From an uncultured Acidimicrobiia bacterium (GTDB lineage: Bacteria > Acidobacteriota > Terriglobia > Versatilivoradales > Versatilivoraceae): DNA of 64,000 nt. Both the position numbers and the translations under genes were made by a program. Below the pieces are notes generated by a model. The model had not been told where the DNA came from and did not search any database. It saw only the letters and a program-made list of their open reading frames with translations. Shown here in pieces: positions 10,226-20,503 of the stretch (positions within the stretch are counted from its first letter, which is position 1; each line of letters opens with the position of its first letter). The stretch lies in contig CAWBAT010000004.1 of the NCBI GenBank assembly GCA_963786955.1, forward strand, positions 544,001-608,000. Reading direction: 5' to 3'.

Positions 10226-10412
10226 TTGCTTCACTCCTTACCCAAGGAAGGGAACCAAGATTGAATTTCTCTACATTTTTCCTCTTGTAACGGAGATTGG
10301 CCCAGGTCCGGATCTCCATGACCAGGAGATGTCTGTTGATCCTTGCTGAGCATTTGAGATATTTTGGTTCCGCTCAGGCTTTACATTTGAACCACGAGGA
10401 GGAATTTGTTGA

Positions 10413-11276
10413 ATGACGAAATCCGTTGCAGAAAAATATGTTTATTCCGATCTCACCTGGCCTGAAGTAAACGAGGCCGTCAAAATGAAAAAAGTGATCC
10501 TTCTTCCAGTCGGATCGACGGAACAACACGGACCACATCTTCCCCTGGACGTGGACAATTTGTTGGCCACAAGCATATGTCTTGAAGCGGGGCGGCGCGC
10601 TCCTCAAAAAATCCTGGTTGCTCCGTCAATCCCCTATGGCTACAACATTAATGCCATGGATTATCCTGGGACCCTACACGTTGCTTATGATCACTTTGTC
10701 GAATACTGCGCCGACGTGTGCAAAAGCTTCGCCTACCACGGATTCAAACGGATTGTCATCGTGAATGGACATGGGGGGAATACGGCCCTGCTTGAAGTAG
10801 TCGGCCGGAAAACCGTTATGGAGACCGATGCTCTCGTGGCCTCTTTTATGTGGTGGAACATGCTTCGGGTCAATCCCGACTTCGTGGATTCCTTCCGAGA
10901 GTCTGTGTTCCCCGGAGGGTCCGGTCACGCCTGCGAAATCGAGACCTCAGCGTATCTTTGTTTGGCCAGTGACAAAGTTCAGATGGACCGTGCCAAAGAT
11001 TATATTGCCTGGTACAACCAGAAAGGAGCCACGGGGTTTCAATGGGCGGATGCGTTTGGCTCAGGGCCGGTGAGTTTAGTCGAATGGACTAGCACATTTG
11101 TGGAGGAGGGCGTATTTGGTCAGCCAACTTTGGCTACAGCCGAGAAGGGACAACGCATTATTGAGGAGGCGGTCTCCCGGCTGGTCCAATTCGTAGAAGA
11201 ATTCCAAGATCGAGTTCCGCGGCCTCGAGTGGATCACCATGTTCTTCCGACTACCAGTCCTCTTCCCAAGGTCTGA
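10413..11276 (+). CDS. Creatininase/creatinine amidohydrolase family protein
   Basis: LTWPEV, PVGSTEQHGPHLPLDVD, NGHGGN, HACEIETS, ATAEKG. Confidence 0.92.
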   Translation: MTKSVAEKYVYSDLTWPEVNEAVKMKKVILLPVGSTEQHGPHLPLDVDNLLATSICLEAGRRAPQKILVAPSIPYGYNINAMDYPGTLHVAYDHFVEYCADVCKSFAYHGFKRIVIVNGHGGNTALLEVVGRKTVMETDALVASFMWWNMLRVNPDFVDSFRESVFPGGSGHACEIETSAYLCLASDKVQMDRAKDYIAWYNQKGATGFQWADAFGSGPVSLVEWTSTFVEEGVFGQPTLATAEKGQRIIEEAVSRLVQFVEEFQDRVPRPRVDHHVLPTTSPLPKV

Positions 11277-11340
11277 ATGAGGAAAGCGCGCCCTGATACT
11301 TTTCGTTGGTCAGTCTGGTCCTGGTCGTTTTAGACCCAGA

Positions 11341-12246
11341 CTACATTCGGTGGGCTTTGGCCTTTGGGCGTGACTTTAGGTGGGCCTCTATTTGCAATTC
11401 GTCTTTCCGGATCTGTTCATTCTGCCAATTGTGGTCAATACGGGGATAGAAACGCTCCGGAGCTTCCAAAGCCCAGAGTTGTTTGCGAATCACCCAGTTG
11501 TTGGGTTCCAAGCTGAAAGCTCTCCTCCAGAAAGTCACTGCATCCCGGACTTTCCTTAAACGGAGGGCCACCGCTCCCCGCGCAAATAGGGCTCTGGTAT
11601 TCTTGGGCTGGACAGCAAGAATCGCGTCGTATTCTTTGGCCGCCTTTTTATGCTGACCTGTCTTTACAAGCAGTTCGCATAGTTTCAGTCGCTTCTCAAA
11701 TCCGCGGCTGGAAGCTTTGATTTGGCGTTTCAACTCAGTAATTTCTTTCTTGAAGGGCAAGCTTGGTCGTTCCTGAACTCGAATGGGCTGCTTGGCCCAT
11801 TTATCTGAAATCAGATCTTCGATAATCTTTCGGTTGATGTTGTCCCGAATATCGAATCCACCTACCTTGAGATAGCGAATGACTCCGCGTTCATCGATGT
11901 AGTAGCCATTGGGGACAAAGTCAAAACCCAACTGGTCCCACAAACAATCTACAGAATCGACAACGACCGGGAAATCCGCTTTCGCCTGTTCGACAAAAGG
12001 TTTTACGACTGCGGCACCTTGCCCATCCATCGCTACTCCGATGATCTCGATCCCGCCATTCTGATGCTCTCGGTAGAATTCCTGCCACTCGGCAAGCTGT
12101 TCACGGCAAGAGTCCCATGTTGCCCAGGTAAACAACAGGACACGCTTCCCTCGATATTCACTGAGCCGAATCTCATTTCCGTCCAGTGTGAGGAAAGCAA
12201 GATCTGGAGCCGGGTCGCCAATTTTGACACTTCGTTTTTCAGGCAT
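11341..12246 (-). CDS. TlpA/ResA-like redoxin with C-terminal TPR
   Basis: GDPAPD..LSEYRGKRVLLFTWATWDSCR..VPNGYYIDERGVIR followed by TPR-like helices. Probable start is MPEKR. Confidence 0.8.
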   Translation of the reverse strand: MPEKRSVKIGDPAPDLAFLTLDGNEIRLSEYRGKRVLLFTWATWDSCREQLAEWQEFYREHQNGGIEIIGVAMDGQGAAVVKPFVEQAKADFPVVVDSVDCLWDQLGFDFVPNGYYIDERGVIRYLKVGGFDIRDNINRKIIEDLISDKWAKQPIRVQERPSLPFKKEITELKRQIKASSRGFEKRLKLCELLVKTGQHKKAAKEYDAILAVQPKNTRALFARGAVALRLRKVRDAVTFWRRAFSLEPNNWVIRKQLWALEAPERFYPRIDHNWQNEQIRKDELQIEAHLKSRPKAKAHRM

Positions 12247-12416
12247 GATTGAGTCGGTGCCGAGAACCAAGCCTCAATTGAAACCCGGTTCTCGTGGTAG
12301 TCGTCTAATCCTTATATGGGTTGAATCGATGGGTCCGATATCCAGGGAGGCGTAAACTAACGTTACGAGACCAGAAGGAAGATCCAATCTCTCCCTTCTG
12401 GAAATCCATCAAGAAC

Positions 12417-13883
12417 TCAGTCTGCTGTGTGAGATTTCTGACGCAGCTCCTGAGGAAAACTTTCGCCTAGACTATGTCCTCCGCTATTGACCGCCGCCTC
12501 CAGGTATTCTCTTACAGCACCCTGAGTTCCTTCGTCAACAACTGCCTTGATACTGAGTGAGATCTTACGTCCGGCAAGGTCGACTCCGAGCACCTTGGCA
12601 GAGATTTCCTGTCCGGGCAGGAAATTGGTAAGCACGTGTTTACTCGTCGCCTCTCCGACCTCCGAAATGTGAACGAGCCCTTCAATCCCCTCGGCGATCT
12701 CAACAAAGATACCGAAATCAGCGACACGTGACACCGTGCCCCGAACGGTTTGGCCGGGCTGATGATCACGGGCAAATATTTCCCATGGGTTTTCTGTTAC
12801 TTTCCTCAGACTCAGCGACAATTTTCGATTGGTTGGATCAATGCGGGTAACTACAGCGTCAACCTCATCACCCACCTTCAAGACTTGGTCCGGATGACTC
12901 ACCCGGCGGGTCCAGGAGATCTCGGAAACTGGAATCAACCCCTGAATGCCAGATTCTAATTCGACAAACGCCCCGAAATTCTCCAGTTTCCTTGCGATCC
13001 CACGAACCAGAGCTCCCTCAGGATAAGCTTCCGCTGCTCTCAGCCAGGGGTCGTCTTCCGTTTTTCGAAAGCCAAGAGAGATGCGATTCTTCTCGCGATC
13101 GTACTTCAGGACCTCGACCTCAATCTGGTCTCCAATCTTAAACATTTCGGTAGGATGATGGATACGTCGCCAGGACATCTCGGAAATATGCAGGAGTCCT
13201 TCCACGCCCCCGATATCCACGAACACCCCATAATCCATCATTCGTTTCACAACGCCGTGCAGCTGTTGTCCTTCAGTCAGAGTCGTTAAAGTCTCGCGTC
13301 GTTTCTCTGCTTTTCCTTCATTGAGAATTGCTTTTCGAGAAAGAATCAACTTGCCGTTCGGCAGGTCGTGTTGAATGACTTTGAAGATATAGCTTTGGCC
13401 AATATAGGGTTTGAGGTCTTCCACATACTGTTCGTCGATTTGCGAGGCGGGGACGAAGGCTCTCATTCCGACATCCACGAGCAATCCGCCCTTGACAATC
13501 TCTGTCACTCGACCTTCAACGGGCTTGCCAGCAATAATCGCTTCTTCAATTACTGCCTGCCTCCTGGCTCTACTGGCCTTACGATAAGACACGCGGAGCT
13601 GTTGGTCACTTCCTGTTCCGCTCTCCAGCATAACAAGAATAGTATCCCCTTCTCCATACATCAAGCTCCCATCAGGGGCGGTGATCTCTTCTCTTTTTAA
13701 GATGCCTTCAGAGCGGCCTCCGGCATCCACTAAAATATCCGTATCAAAGATCCCAACGATTTTACCTTGTACGATATTTCCGGGCTTTAATTGCGTCGCA
13801 GTTTCATTGTACTTTGCAAGAAGAGCAGCAAAATCCTCCTCGTGGCTGACTTCATTCTTTTGTTCCAATTTCTCATTATCCAT
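12417..13883 (-). CDS. rpsA: 30S ribosomal protein S1 (five S1 domains)
   Basis: Repeated S1 motifs (YGVFVDIGGVEGLLHISEMSW, FGAFVELESGIQGLIPVSE, FGIFVEIAEGIEGLVHISE). Confidence 0.85.
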   Translation of the reverse strand: MDNEKLEQKNEVSHEEDFAALLAKYNETATQLKPGNIVQGKIVGIFDTDILVDAGGRSEGILKREEITAPDGSLMYGEGDTILVMLESGTGSDQQLRVSYRKASRARRQAVIEEAIIAGKPVEGRVTEIVKGGLLVDVGMRAFVPASQIDEQYVEDLKPYIGQSYIFKVIQHDLPNGKLILSRKAILNEGKAEKRRETLTTLTEGQQLHGVVKRMMDYGVFVDIGGVEGLLHISEMSWRRIHHPTEMFKIGDQIEVEVLKYDREKNRISLGFRKTEDDPWLRAAEAYPEGALVRGIARKLENFGAFVELESGIQGLIPVSEISWTRRVSHPDQVLKVGDEVDAVVTRIDPTNRKLSLSLRKVTENPWEIFARDHQPGQTVRGTVSRVADFGIFVEIAEGIEGLVHISEVGEATSKHVLTNFLPGQEISAKVLGVDLAGRKISLSIKAVVDEGTQGAVREYLEAAVNSGGHSLGESFPQELRQKSHTAD

Positions 13884-13974
13884 TAGGGGACTCCAACCTT
13901 TGTAGATTAGATCCGATTATAACAGAATCACATCCATTTGAGCAGGAATTCGGCGCGGGGCATAATCTGCTCTC

Positions 13975-14003
13975 TAGACATCACTCCTTAAAGTTGTTAA
14001 GCT
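13975..14003 (+). promoter_or_regulatory. Putative sigma70 promoter
   Basis: TAGACA-17bp-TAAGCT upstream of the PilZ-domain gene. Confidence 0.4.
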
Positions 14004-14031
14004 TTGTATTATCTTTCTATCGGGGTGAGTT

Positions 14032-14409
14032 ATGGCCACATCTTTCACGGAAAAGCGCTCTCACCAGCGCGCTAGAGTAACCTGGAAAGTGGAGTGCGTA
14101 GGCACCCAGGGTTCAAAGCCTGCGATCCACGAAGGGAGTCGGTTGGAAGACTATAGTCCTTCCGGTGCCTGCTTCTTGACAATGTCAGAAGTAAAGGTCG
14201 GGATGGAGTTGGTCTTTAACGTTAGCCTCCCGCTTCGCATGGCTCGCCCCTTGGTCCTTAAAGGAATCATTGTCCGGGTCGATGAGGACGTTGACATCGG
14301 AAAGATGTTTAGGGCTGCAGGAGTCCGCTGGTTGCCAAACCAGAAAAAATTGCCGGACCTTCACCGAATCTCTTTAGACCCGCCGCGTTCAAAAGACAGC
14401 TCTCACTAA
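14032..14409 (+). CDS. PilZ domain protein
   Basis: EKRSHQR (RxxxR) and DYSPSG (DxSxxG) motifs. Confidence 0.8.
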   Translation: MATSFTEKRSHQRARVTWKVECVGTQGSKPAIHEGSRLEDYSPSGACFLTMSEVKVGMELVFNVSLPLRMARPLVLKGIIVRVDEDVDIGKMFRAAGVRWLPNQKKLPDLHRISLDPPRSKDSSH

Positions 14410-14465
14410 GTGATCTTGGCGAATTTCAAGAACTCATTGATGTAAACTCAAAACGGGGAGAACGA

Positions 14466-14813
14466 ATGACTCACTTTGACTGGAACCAGATCCCACAGGA
14501 ACAGCTGAATCCGCACTTTTCGAGAAAATTTGTAAATGGCGAAAAAATCATGATCGCCCAACTCTTTCTGAAAAAAGGATGTGTCGTTCCAGAACATTCT
14601 CACGAAAGTGAACAATTATCCATGGTAGTCACCGGCAATGTGAAGTTCAAGCTCGATGGGGAAGAGCGGATCGTGACCAGCAACCAAATGGTATTGATCC
14701 CCTCCAATAAAGTTCATTCGGTCGAGGCACTGGAAGACACCCTCGTGTACGATATTTTCAGCCCAATCCGTGTCGACTGGCTTGAAAAAACCGATAGCTA
14801 TTTGCGCAAGTAG
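14466..14813 (+). CDS. Cupin domain protein
   Basis: PEHSHESEQ..IPSNKVHSVEALED..DIFSPIR. Confidence 0.88.
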   Translation: MTHFDWNQIPQEQLNPHFSRKFVNGEKIMIAQLFLKKGCVVPEHSHESEQLSMVVTGNVKFKLDGEERIVTSNQMVLIPSNKVHSVEALEDTLVYDIFSPIRVDWLEKTDSYLRK

Positions 14814-14898
14814 CCCGCTTGGGTTAACAGATACTCTGATTTATTCCTTCCCATTGGTCACACCTTATAGACAAGTTTAAAGGAACGGAGGAACTCGG

Positions 14899-15423
14899 AT
14901 GAAAAAGAGAATGATTCTTTGTCTCTTGGCTTTAACGTGGGTTGCTCTGGTCTCGACAGAGGCTTTGCCCCAGAAAAACCCCAGGACTACCAGTAAACTT
15001 GAAATCGGAGGGAAATATATTTTTGTGGAGTACGGGCGGCCTTCCCTCAAAGGTCGCGACATGTTAACGCAATTGGAAGTTAGTAAGATCTGGAGGTTGG
15101 GAGCGGACAAGTCCACAACGCTGACATCCAGTGCAAACCTCTCTTTCAATAAAATCTCCGTCCCTCCGGGAACCTATAGCCTCTGGTTAAAGAAACTGGG
15201 GGACAAATCTTATGAGTTGCTCTTCAATAGTAAGAGTGGCCAATGGGGAACACAGCACGAATCGATCGACGACTTCGCAGATGTACCCCTGACGTATTCA
15301 GAAAGCAGTGAAAGTGTGGAATTGTTTACGATCAACTTGATCAGGGCAGCGAAGGGCAATGGTGCCGAAATTGAATTGCTCTGGGGTAACGTTGTTCTGA
15401 AGGCGCCTTTCACCCTCAAGTAA
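14899..15423 (+). CDS. DUF2911 domain secreted protein
   Basis: Signal peptide; YGRPSLKGR, WRLGAD, PGTYSLW, QWGT. Confidence 0.8.
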   Translation: MKKRMILCLLALTWVALVSTEALPQKNPRTTSKLEIGGKYIFVEYGRPSLKGRDMLTQLEVSKIWRLGADKSTTLTSSANLSFNKISVPPGTYSLWLKKLGDKSYELLFNSKSGQWGTQHESIDDFADVPLTYSESSESVELFTINLIRAAKGNGAEIELLWGNVVLKAPFTLK

Positions 15424-15768
15424 CTCCCACCCATTTAAAAGAATTCTCTATTACGCACCGCTCCTGAAGCTCAAATGGAGGCCAAGTTTCTTCTTTTGAA
15501 ATTCACATGAGGCCACAACCTCCCGAGTAACCAGCATCTCCTCAGAAATCGCGCCGGATGATTTATCCCATGTGAATCAGCAGGAGGGTAAGGCTAGAAG
15601 AGCTGGGGTGGAAGTGGTCGGTGGAATAGATGATGCGACCGTGAATATCCCAATGCGCCGTTTTCCTTAACAGTTAAAGACAGATCGACTGCGGGCTGCA
15701 TTATTTGCAGAGTTCTTCAGCATCTCCGTTAGAGAATCATCTCCCGGTAGAGGCGAAATGAATAGGGT

Positions 15769-16206
15769 TCAGTGAATACGGCTATTTTTGCTTGTCAGGC
15801 AGGCAAATGCCATTAACGCTTTTGCTTTTTCCTTCTCAAATGGCAGGACCCCTGTTTCCGAAGTCACCTTGGAAGCAGGGGGAGCTGTTTTCAAGACATT
15901 CTCCAAGGTTGTCTCCGCCTGACTGAGGCGTTGGTTGATGACGCTTAGAGCATTTGAATATGTGTTGATGGCACTCTGGATCTTTTCCAGTGATTTCTTG
16001 CTTTCTTCCCGGCAGGCCTCCACCAGAACTTGTCTCTCGTATGTATCCCGCACCTTACCCGCTAGAGCCTCAATCTGATCTGGGGCCAAGCTCAAGTCGC
16101 TTAGGCGCTCGATCAGTCTGGCTATCCGAGATTTGAACTCGGTAGAAAGATTGTACTCCTGATTCAACTGACTTAGATAGCTGCTGAGTGGGTTTTCTTT
16201 GACCAT
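15769..16206 (-). CDS. Hypothetical coiled-coil protein
   Basis: 145-aa ORF with AAGGA RBS and helical/coiled-coil composition. Confidence 0.6.
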   Translation of the reverse strand: MVKENPLSSYLSQLNQEYNLSTEFKSRIARLIERLSDLSLAPDQIEALAGKVRDTYERQVLVEACREESKKSLEKIQSAINTYSNALSVINQRLSQAETTLENVLKTAPPASKVTSETGVLPFEKEKAKALMAFACLTSKNSRIH

Positions 16207-16721
16207 ACGATCCTTGAAGATATTGTCTTAATAGGAGCTGCGATGAGCTCGGGCCTGTTGAAAATCGAAGATTGAAGGAGCAAATCCCATCTTTGCTATG
16301 GCATTCAATGGCACGCCAACCACCAAATTGGGAATACCCTTTAGCCATTTTGGTTTGGAGGAGGAATCTGTCCTAATAATTGTAATTTCAAATACTTAGA
16401 CTAGGTCTAAACTCGGGGATACAGGGACGAGGAAATGGAAAAAGAGAAAAAAATGTCCGATTCTGGGCAGTAGGATAGGAAGGGGTGGCATTCGATTCTT
16501 TCAAAAACCTTTCCCTGTGAGCAATTCTATGCCAATCATTAGCCTATTGCCGTTTTGGATGACAGGCCTCTCAATTGTCCTCCATTGAGAATGCCGTACG
16601 AATGCCTCGATACATCTTTTTGAGTTATTGCTTCACGCATCCACACCATCCAATTTCGCTAGACACACGATGACCTTTTCATTAAGATTTCGCCTGTCTT
16701 TCCAAGCTGTGTGTTGTCTTT

Positions 16722-16825
16722 CAGGTCTCGGGCTCCGTGCAATTCGGATCTGCAAACCCCGCCAGGTTCGGAAGAAAGCAACGGTAGTGGACACCCGGAT
16801 GTGCCGCGGAACAACCCGGGACCTG
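16722..16825 (+). ncRNA. ffs: Small SRP RNA (4.5S)
   Basis: Conserved domain IV core CCGCCAGGTTCGGAAGAAAGCAACGG inside a long hairpin; canonical position upstream of dnaX. Ends approximate. Confidence 0.9.
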
Positions 16826-16939
16826 GCCAGTCTTCACAAACTCTTTTTGCTCACGCTCAATCAGGGGAGATTCTTAAGTTCGGAAGACCCTTGCTGACAT
16901 TGCATCTCCTTTCAAAGAATCGATTTCCCGATCAACTTC

Positions 16940-18610
16940 ATGAGCTACCAAGTGATTGCACGTAAATGGCGCCCTCAGACATTCGCTGAAATTGTGGGTC
17001 AGGATGTTATTGCGCAGACGTTGAAGAATGCGGTGGAGCAAAACCGAATCGCTCACGCTTATCTTTTTGCGGGTGCCCGTGGAGTTGGCAAAACATCCAC
17101 GGCCCGGATCCTGGCAAAGGCATTGAATTGTCTACAAGGCCCGACGGTTACTCCATGCAACGTGTGCGATACCTGCAAGGAAATAACCGCTGGGAACTCC
17201 ATCGACGTGTTGGAAATCGATGCGGCCTCCAACCGCGGCATTGATGAAATCCGGGAACTCCGGGAAAACGTCAAATATGCGGCAGCCAAAGATCGTTATA
17301 AGGTTTTCATTATTGATGAAGTCCACATGCTGACCACAGAGGCCTTTAATGCTTTGCTGAAAACTTTGGAGGAGCCTCCTCCTCAAGTCGTTTTCGTACT
17401 GGCAACCACGGAGCTTCACAAGGTCCCATCTACGATCTTATCACGCTGCCAGCACTTCAATTTTCGCGCCATCCGTTATCAGGAGATCCTGGAACAGTTA
17501 ACTCGTATTGCGGCAAGTGAGCAAATTCAAATCAGCCCAGAGTCGCTCCACGCCATTGCCCGGGCTTCAGAGGGGAGCATGCGCGATGCCCAGTCTCAGT
17601 TGGAGCAGATAGTCTCTTTTTGTGGAAATGAAATTCGCGATGAGCTCGTAAAAGACTTATTGGGTGTGGTCCCACACCAAATGTTGGAAGAATTGACACA
17701 GGCGATTATTCAGTCCGACTCTCGAGGACTCATTCAGCTGGTGGAACAACTTGTGCAAAGTGGACTCAATCTTCAACACTTCATCCGAGAATTGATTGCA
17801 CACGCCAGGAACCTCATGATGTTGAAAATCATCGGAGAAGATCCCCAGCTAATTCCTTTGGCTCCTGCTGAGATGACGCGCTGTCATGAGTTCTCCGATT
17901 TGTTTTCCGAAGAAGATTTGACTCGTTTTTTTAGTATTCTGGTATCCACAGAATCGGACATGCGCTGGTCGTCTCAACCTCGATTCCAGCTGGAGATGGG
18001 GCTCATGAAGATCCTGCAGGCGAAAAAGCTCGTCGCCATTGAAGAGTTGCTGACAAATCTTGGTGGGAACCCGCAAATTCAATCTTCCAATTCCGCTTCG
18101 GGAAAGAAGTCAGGTGGCACGCTCAACCCTAACATTTCTCAAAGCCTGACCACGGCCGCGGCTGTTAAACTCCAGGTTCAGTCTGATCCGGAGTTGCCTG
18201 GCAAGGCAAAACTGGAAGAGCCGTGCCAGAAGATCAGACATGCTGTATTTGAGAAGTCTCCTATGATTTCCGCCCTTCTGGACCACGCCATCGCTATGAA
18301 GGTTTCCGAAGGAGAAATAGAGATTGTCTTTCTCGAGAAAGAGAAGTTTTCTTACGACATGCTACAGACTCGCGAAAATCTTCAGTTAGTCCAGCAGGTG
18401 ACTAACTCCGTCATTGGAAGGCCTCGGCCGATAAAACTGACACTCTTAAAAGAAGGAAGCATGGGGACTGCCATTGAAAACAAACCCGAGTCGAGCCAAA
18501 CGGATTCAAGAGTGAATCTCATTGAGCAAATTAAAGAAGATTCTGAAGTCAAAGATTTCCTGAACACCTTTCAGGGAGAAATTATTGAGATCAAGGAGTT
18601 GAAGCGGTGA
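16940..18610 (+). CDS. dnaX: DNA polymerase III subunit gamma/tau
   Basis: MSYQVIARKWRPQTF, GARGVGKT, EIDAASNRG, IIDEVHML, SRC. Confidence 0.97.
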   Translation: MSYQVIARKWRPQTFAEIVGQDVIAQTLKNAVEQNRIAHAYLFAGARGVGKTSTARILAKALNCLQGPTVTPCNVCDTCKEITAGNSIDVLEIDAASNRGIDEIRELRENVKYAAAKDRYKVFIIDEVHMLTTEAFNALLKTLEEPPPQVVFVLATTELHKVPSTILSRCQHFNFRAIRYQEILEQLTRIAASEQIQISPESLHAIARASEGSMRDAQSQLEQIVSFCGNEIRDELVKDLLGVVPHQMLEELTQAIIQSDSRGLIQLVEQLVQSGLNLQHFIRELIAHARNLMMLKIIGEDPQLIPLAPAEMTRCHEFSDLFSEEDLTRFFSILVSTESDMRWSSQPRFQLEMGLMKILQAKKLVAIEELLTNLGGNPQIQSSNSASGKKSGGTLNPNISQSLTTAAAVKLQVQSDPELPGKAKLEEPCQKIRHAVFEKSPMISALLDHAIAMKVSEGEIEIVFLEKEKFSYDMLQTRENLQLVQQVTNSVIGRPRPIKLTLLKEGSMGTAIENKPESSQTDSRVNLIEQIKEDSEVKDFLNTFQGEIIEIKELKR

Positions 18611-18690
18611 TCATCTCTCTGTTATTTTTATAATTCACCGATTTAAGCTGCGCTTGAATTAGTGAATACCTTTGCAAAGCGGGGACCATC

Positions 18691-18993
18691 ATGAAGAATA
18701 TGCAGCAGATGTTGAAACAGGCTCAGAAGATGCAGGAAGAACTGCAGAAGCAAATGGCAGAAATGTCTATCGAAGGCACTGCTGGGGGCGGCATGGTGTG
18801 CATCAAAATGAATGGGCTAAAACAAGTACTGAGTGTAAAAATCGAGCCTGATGCCATCACCTCAGGAGACGTCGAAATGTTGCAGGATTTGATTTTAGCA
18901 GCCATTAATGAAGCGGCACGCAAGGTGGACGAGGAACTCTCTGGGCAAATCGGAAATCTCACGGGCGGCATGAAGATTCCCGGACTCTTTTAA
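18691..18993 (+). CDS. ybaB: YbaB/EbfC nucleoid-associated protein
   Basis: MLKQAQKMQ..AGGGMV..MLQDLILAAINEA; lies between dnaX and recR. Confidence 0.95.
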   Translation: MKNMQQMLKQAQKMQEELQKQMAEMSIEGTAGGGMVCIKMNGLKQVLSVKIEPDAITSGDVEMLQDLILAAINEAARKVDEELSGQIGNLTGGMKIPGLF

Positions 18994-19026
18994 TTTCCAT
19001 CGTGGCCATTGCTGCAAGGCGATTCC

Positions 19027-19626
19027 ATGCGCGACTACGCGCCCCCTGTTGAATCTTTAATCGAAGAGCTTCGAAAACTTCCTGGGGTCGGCTCAAAAAC
19101 CGCCCAGCGACTGGCCTATCACCTCATCCGAATTCCCCGAAATGAGGCCGAGAAGCTCGCTCACGCCATTCTCAGCTTGAAAGAAGCCATTCGCTATTGT
19201 TCTGTCTGCAACAACATCACCGATCACGACCCATGCCGTTATTGCGCCGACCCGTCGCGCGATAAAAGTATGATTTGTGTCCTTGAAGAACCACATGGCG
19301 TTCTCGCAATCGAAAAGACTCGCGAGTATCGAGGCGCCTATCACATCTTATTAGGGGTCCTTTCTCCACTACAGGGAATTGGACCAGATCAACTGCAGAT
19401 CAAGGGGTTGATGGAAAGAATCAAAAACGGGGAGATCAAAGAGGTGATCCTGGCTACCAATCCCAGTGTCGAAGGCGAGGCCACCGCGCTCTATCTTTCA
19501 CGGTTGATCCGGCCATTGAATGTGCGTGTGACAAGAATCGCCACGGGTGTACCGGTGGGAGGGGATTTGGATTACGCCGATCAGATCACGATCTCCCGTG
19601 CACTCGAAGGACGGCGGGAAATTTGA
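19027..19626 (+). CDS. recR: Recombination mediator RecR
   Basis: LPGVGSKTAQRLA, C4 zinc finger, EVILATNPSVEGEATA Toprim. Confidence 0.97.
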   Translation: MRDYAPPVESLIEELRKLPGVGSKTAQRLAYHLIRIPRNEAEKLAHAILSLKEAIRYCSVCNNITDHDPCRYCADPSRDKSMICVLEEPHGVLAIEKTREYRGAYHILLGVLSPLQGIGPDQLQIKGLMERIKNGEIKEVILATNPSVEGEATALYLSRLIRPLNVRVTRIATGVPVGGDLDYADQITISRALEGRREI

Positions 19627-19789
19627 AATCCGGCATGAAGTGCGGGATCTATGAGTATTCTGTCTACTCGATGAAAAGCCTTGGACCCTGGGAAAAGTCA
19701 TGATCGTGGCGAAAGTCCCGCGCTTGGTGCGGGTCTGCGGCAATCTACTAACTTTGTGATTTTCGCCCGACTGTGCCCGCGAAAGCAAA

Positions 19790-20240
19790 CCGCTAAGAAC
19801 GCCAAGCACGCCAAGAAAAGTTGTTTGTAGTCCCGGCTTCAGCCGGTCCGGAATATCACCGCCTGAAGGCGGTACTATACGATAGCCTTGTCGTAGTCTG
19901 GTTTGTAGTCCCGGCTTCAGCCGTCCGGAATTTCACCGCCTGAAGGCGGTACTACGGAATTTGTGGTGCAGGCGTCCTCGCCTGCCTCCCAAGCGACCTA
20001 AAAAGCCACCACTGCGGGCGGGACGCCCGCGCTCCCAGGGCGATCCAGACTACAACGCCGATGCTGTAGCCGGCATCATGAGGCCGGCCCTGGGCCGGGA
20101 TCAGCGATCCCGCCTACAACTGAGCACCAGAGCGGGATATTTATGGATTAGTAACCTCCATAAAATAAAAATAAAGTTATCCATAAATAGCCAGGTTCCT
20201 CTATTGGGTTGCTTAGCTTTCGCCAAGACGCCGAGAACAC
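19790..20240. repeat. Cluster of REP-like palindromes
   Basis: Tandem GTAGTCCCGGCTTCAGCCG..CCGCCTGAAGGCGGTACTA units (19827-19957; inverted copy 26076-26140); GCAGGCGTCCTCGCCTGC; GCGGGACGCCCGCGCTCCCA; CGCCAAG repeats. Confidence 0.8.
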
Positions 20241-20503
20241 CAAGCCGCATATGGGCTTTCCGGCAGGGCACTGAAGACCAGGGTAATCCCTCGCTCTAAT
20301 AAGCTCGAATTCCGAAGTTGGGCGGGCGGGATTTCTATCTATTGGCTGATCTGTCTGAAGATTGCAAGAAGCTCAAGAAAGGGGAAAAGTGTACCGATAG
20401 CCCGCAGATTCAGGTGGAATGCGCGCTCCGCCGCGCGTTCATTGAGCGTGCGCGGGAGCGCCCGCTCCACCTTGCAATGCTCATGCAACTTCGGAATTCA
20501 AGA

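Noticed and set aside
9716-10349. Short ORFs between the epimerase and creatininase genes
   Set aside because: They overlap repeats and have no RBS or recognisable motif.
12100-12130. Selenocysteine codon in the redoxin
   Set aside because: The codon is GAC (Asp), not TGA.
16521-16534. Sigma54-like TGGCATAGAATTGC on the minus strand
   Set aside because: GG-to-GC spacing is 9 nt instead of the required 10.
18022-18042. dnaX -1 frameshift site (G AAA AAG, with a -1 frame TGA soon after)
   Set aside because: Not the canonical A AAA AAG heptamer. No properly spaced SD or clear downstream stem-loop.
19790-20240. Possible CRISPR array
   Set aside because: Only two near-identical units, no unique regularly sized spacers and no cas genes. 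The palindromic GTAG-flanked form fits REPs.
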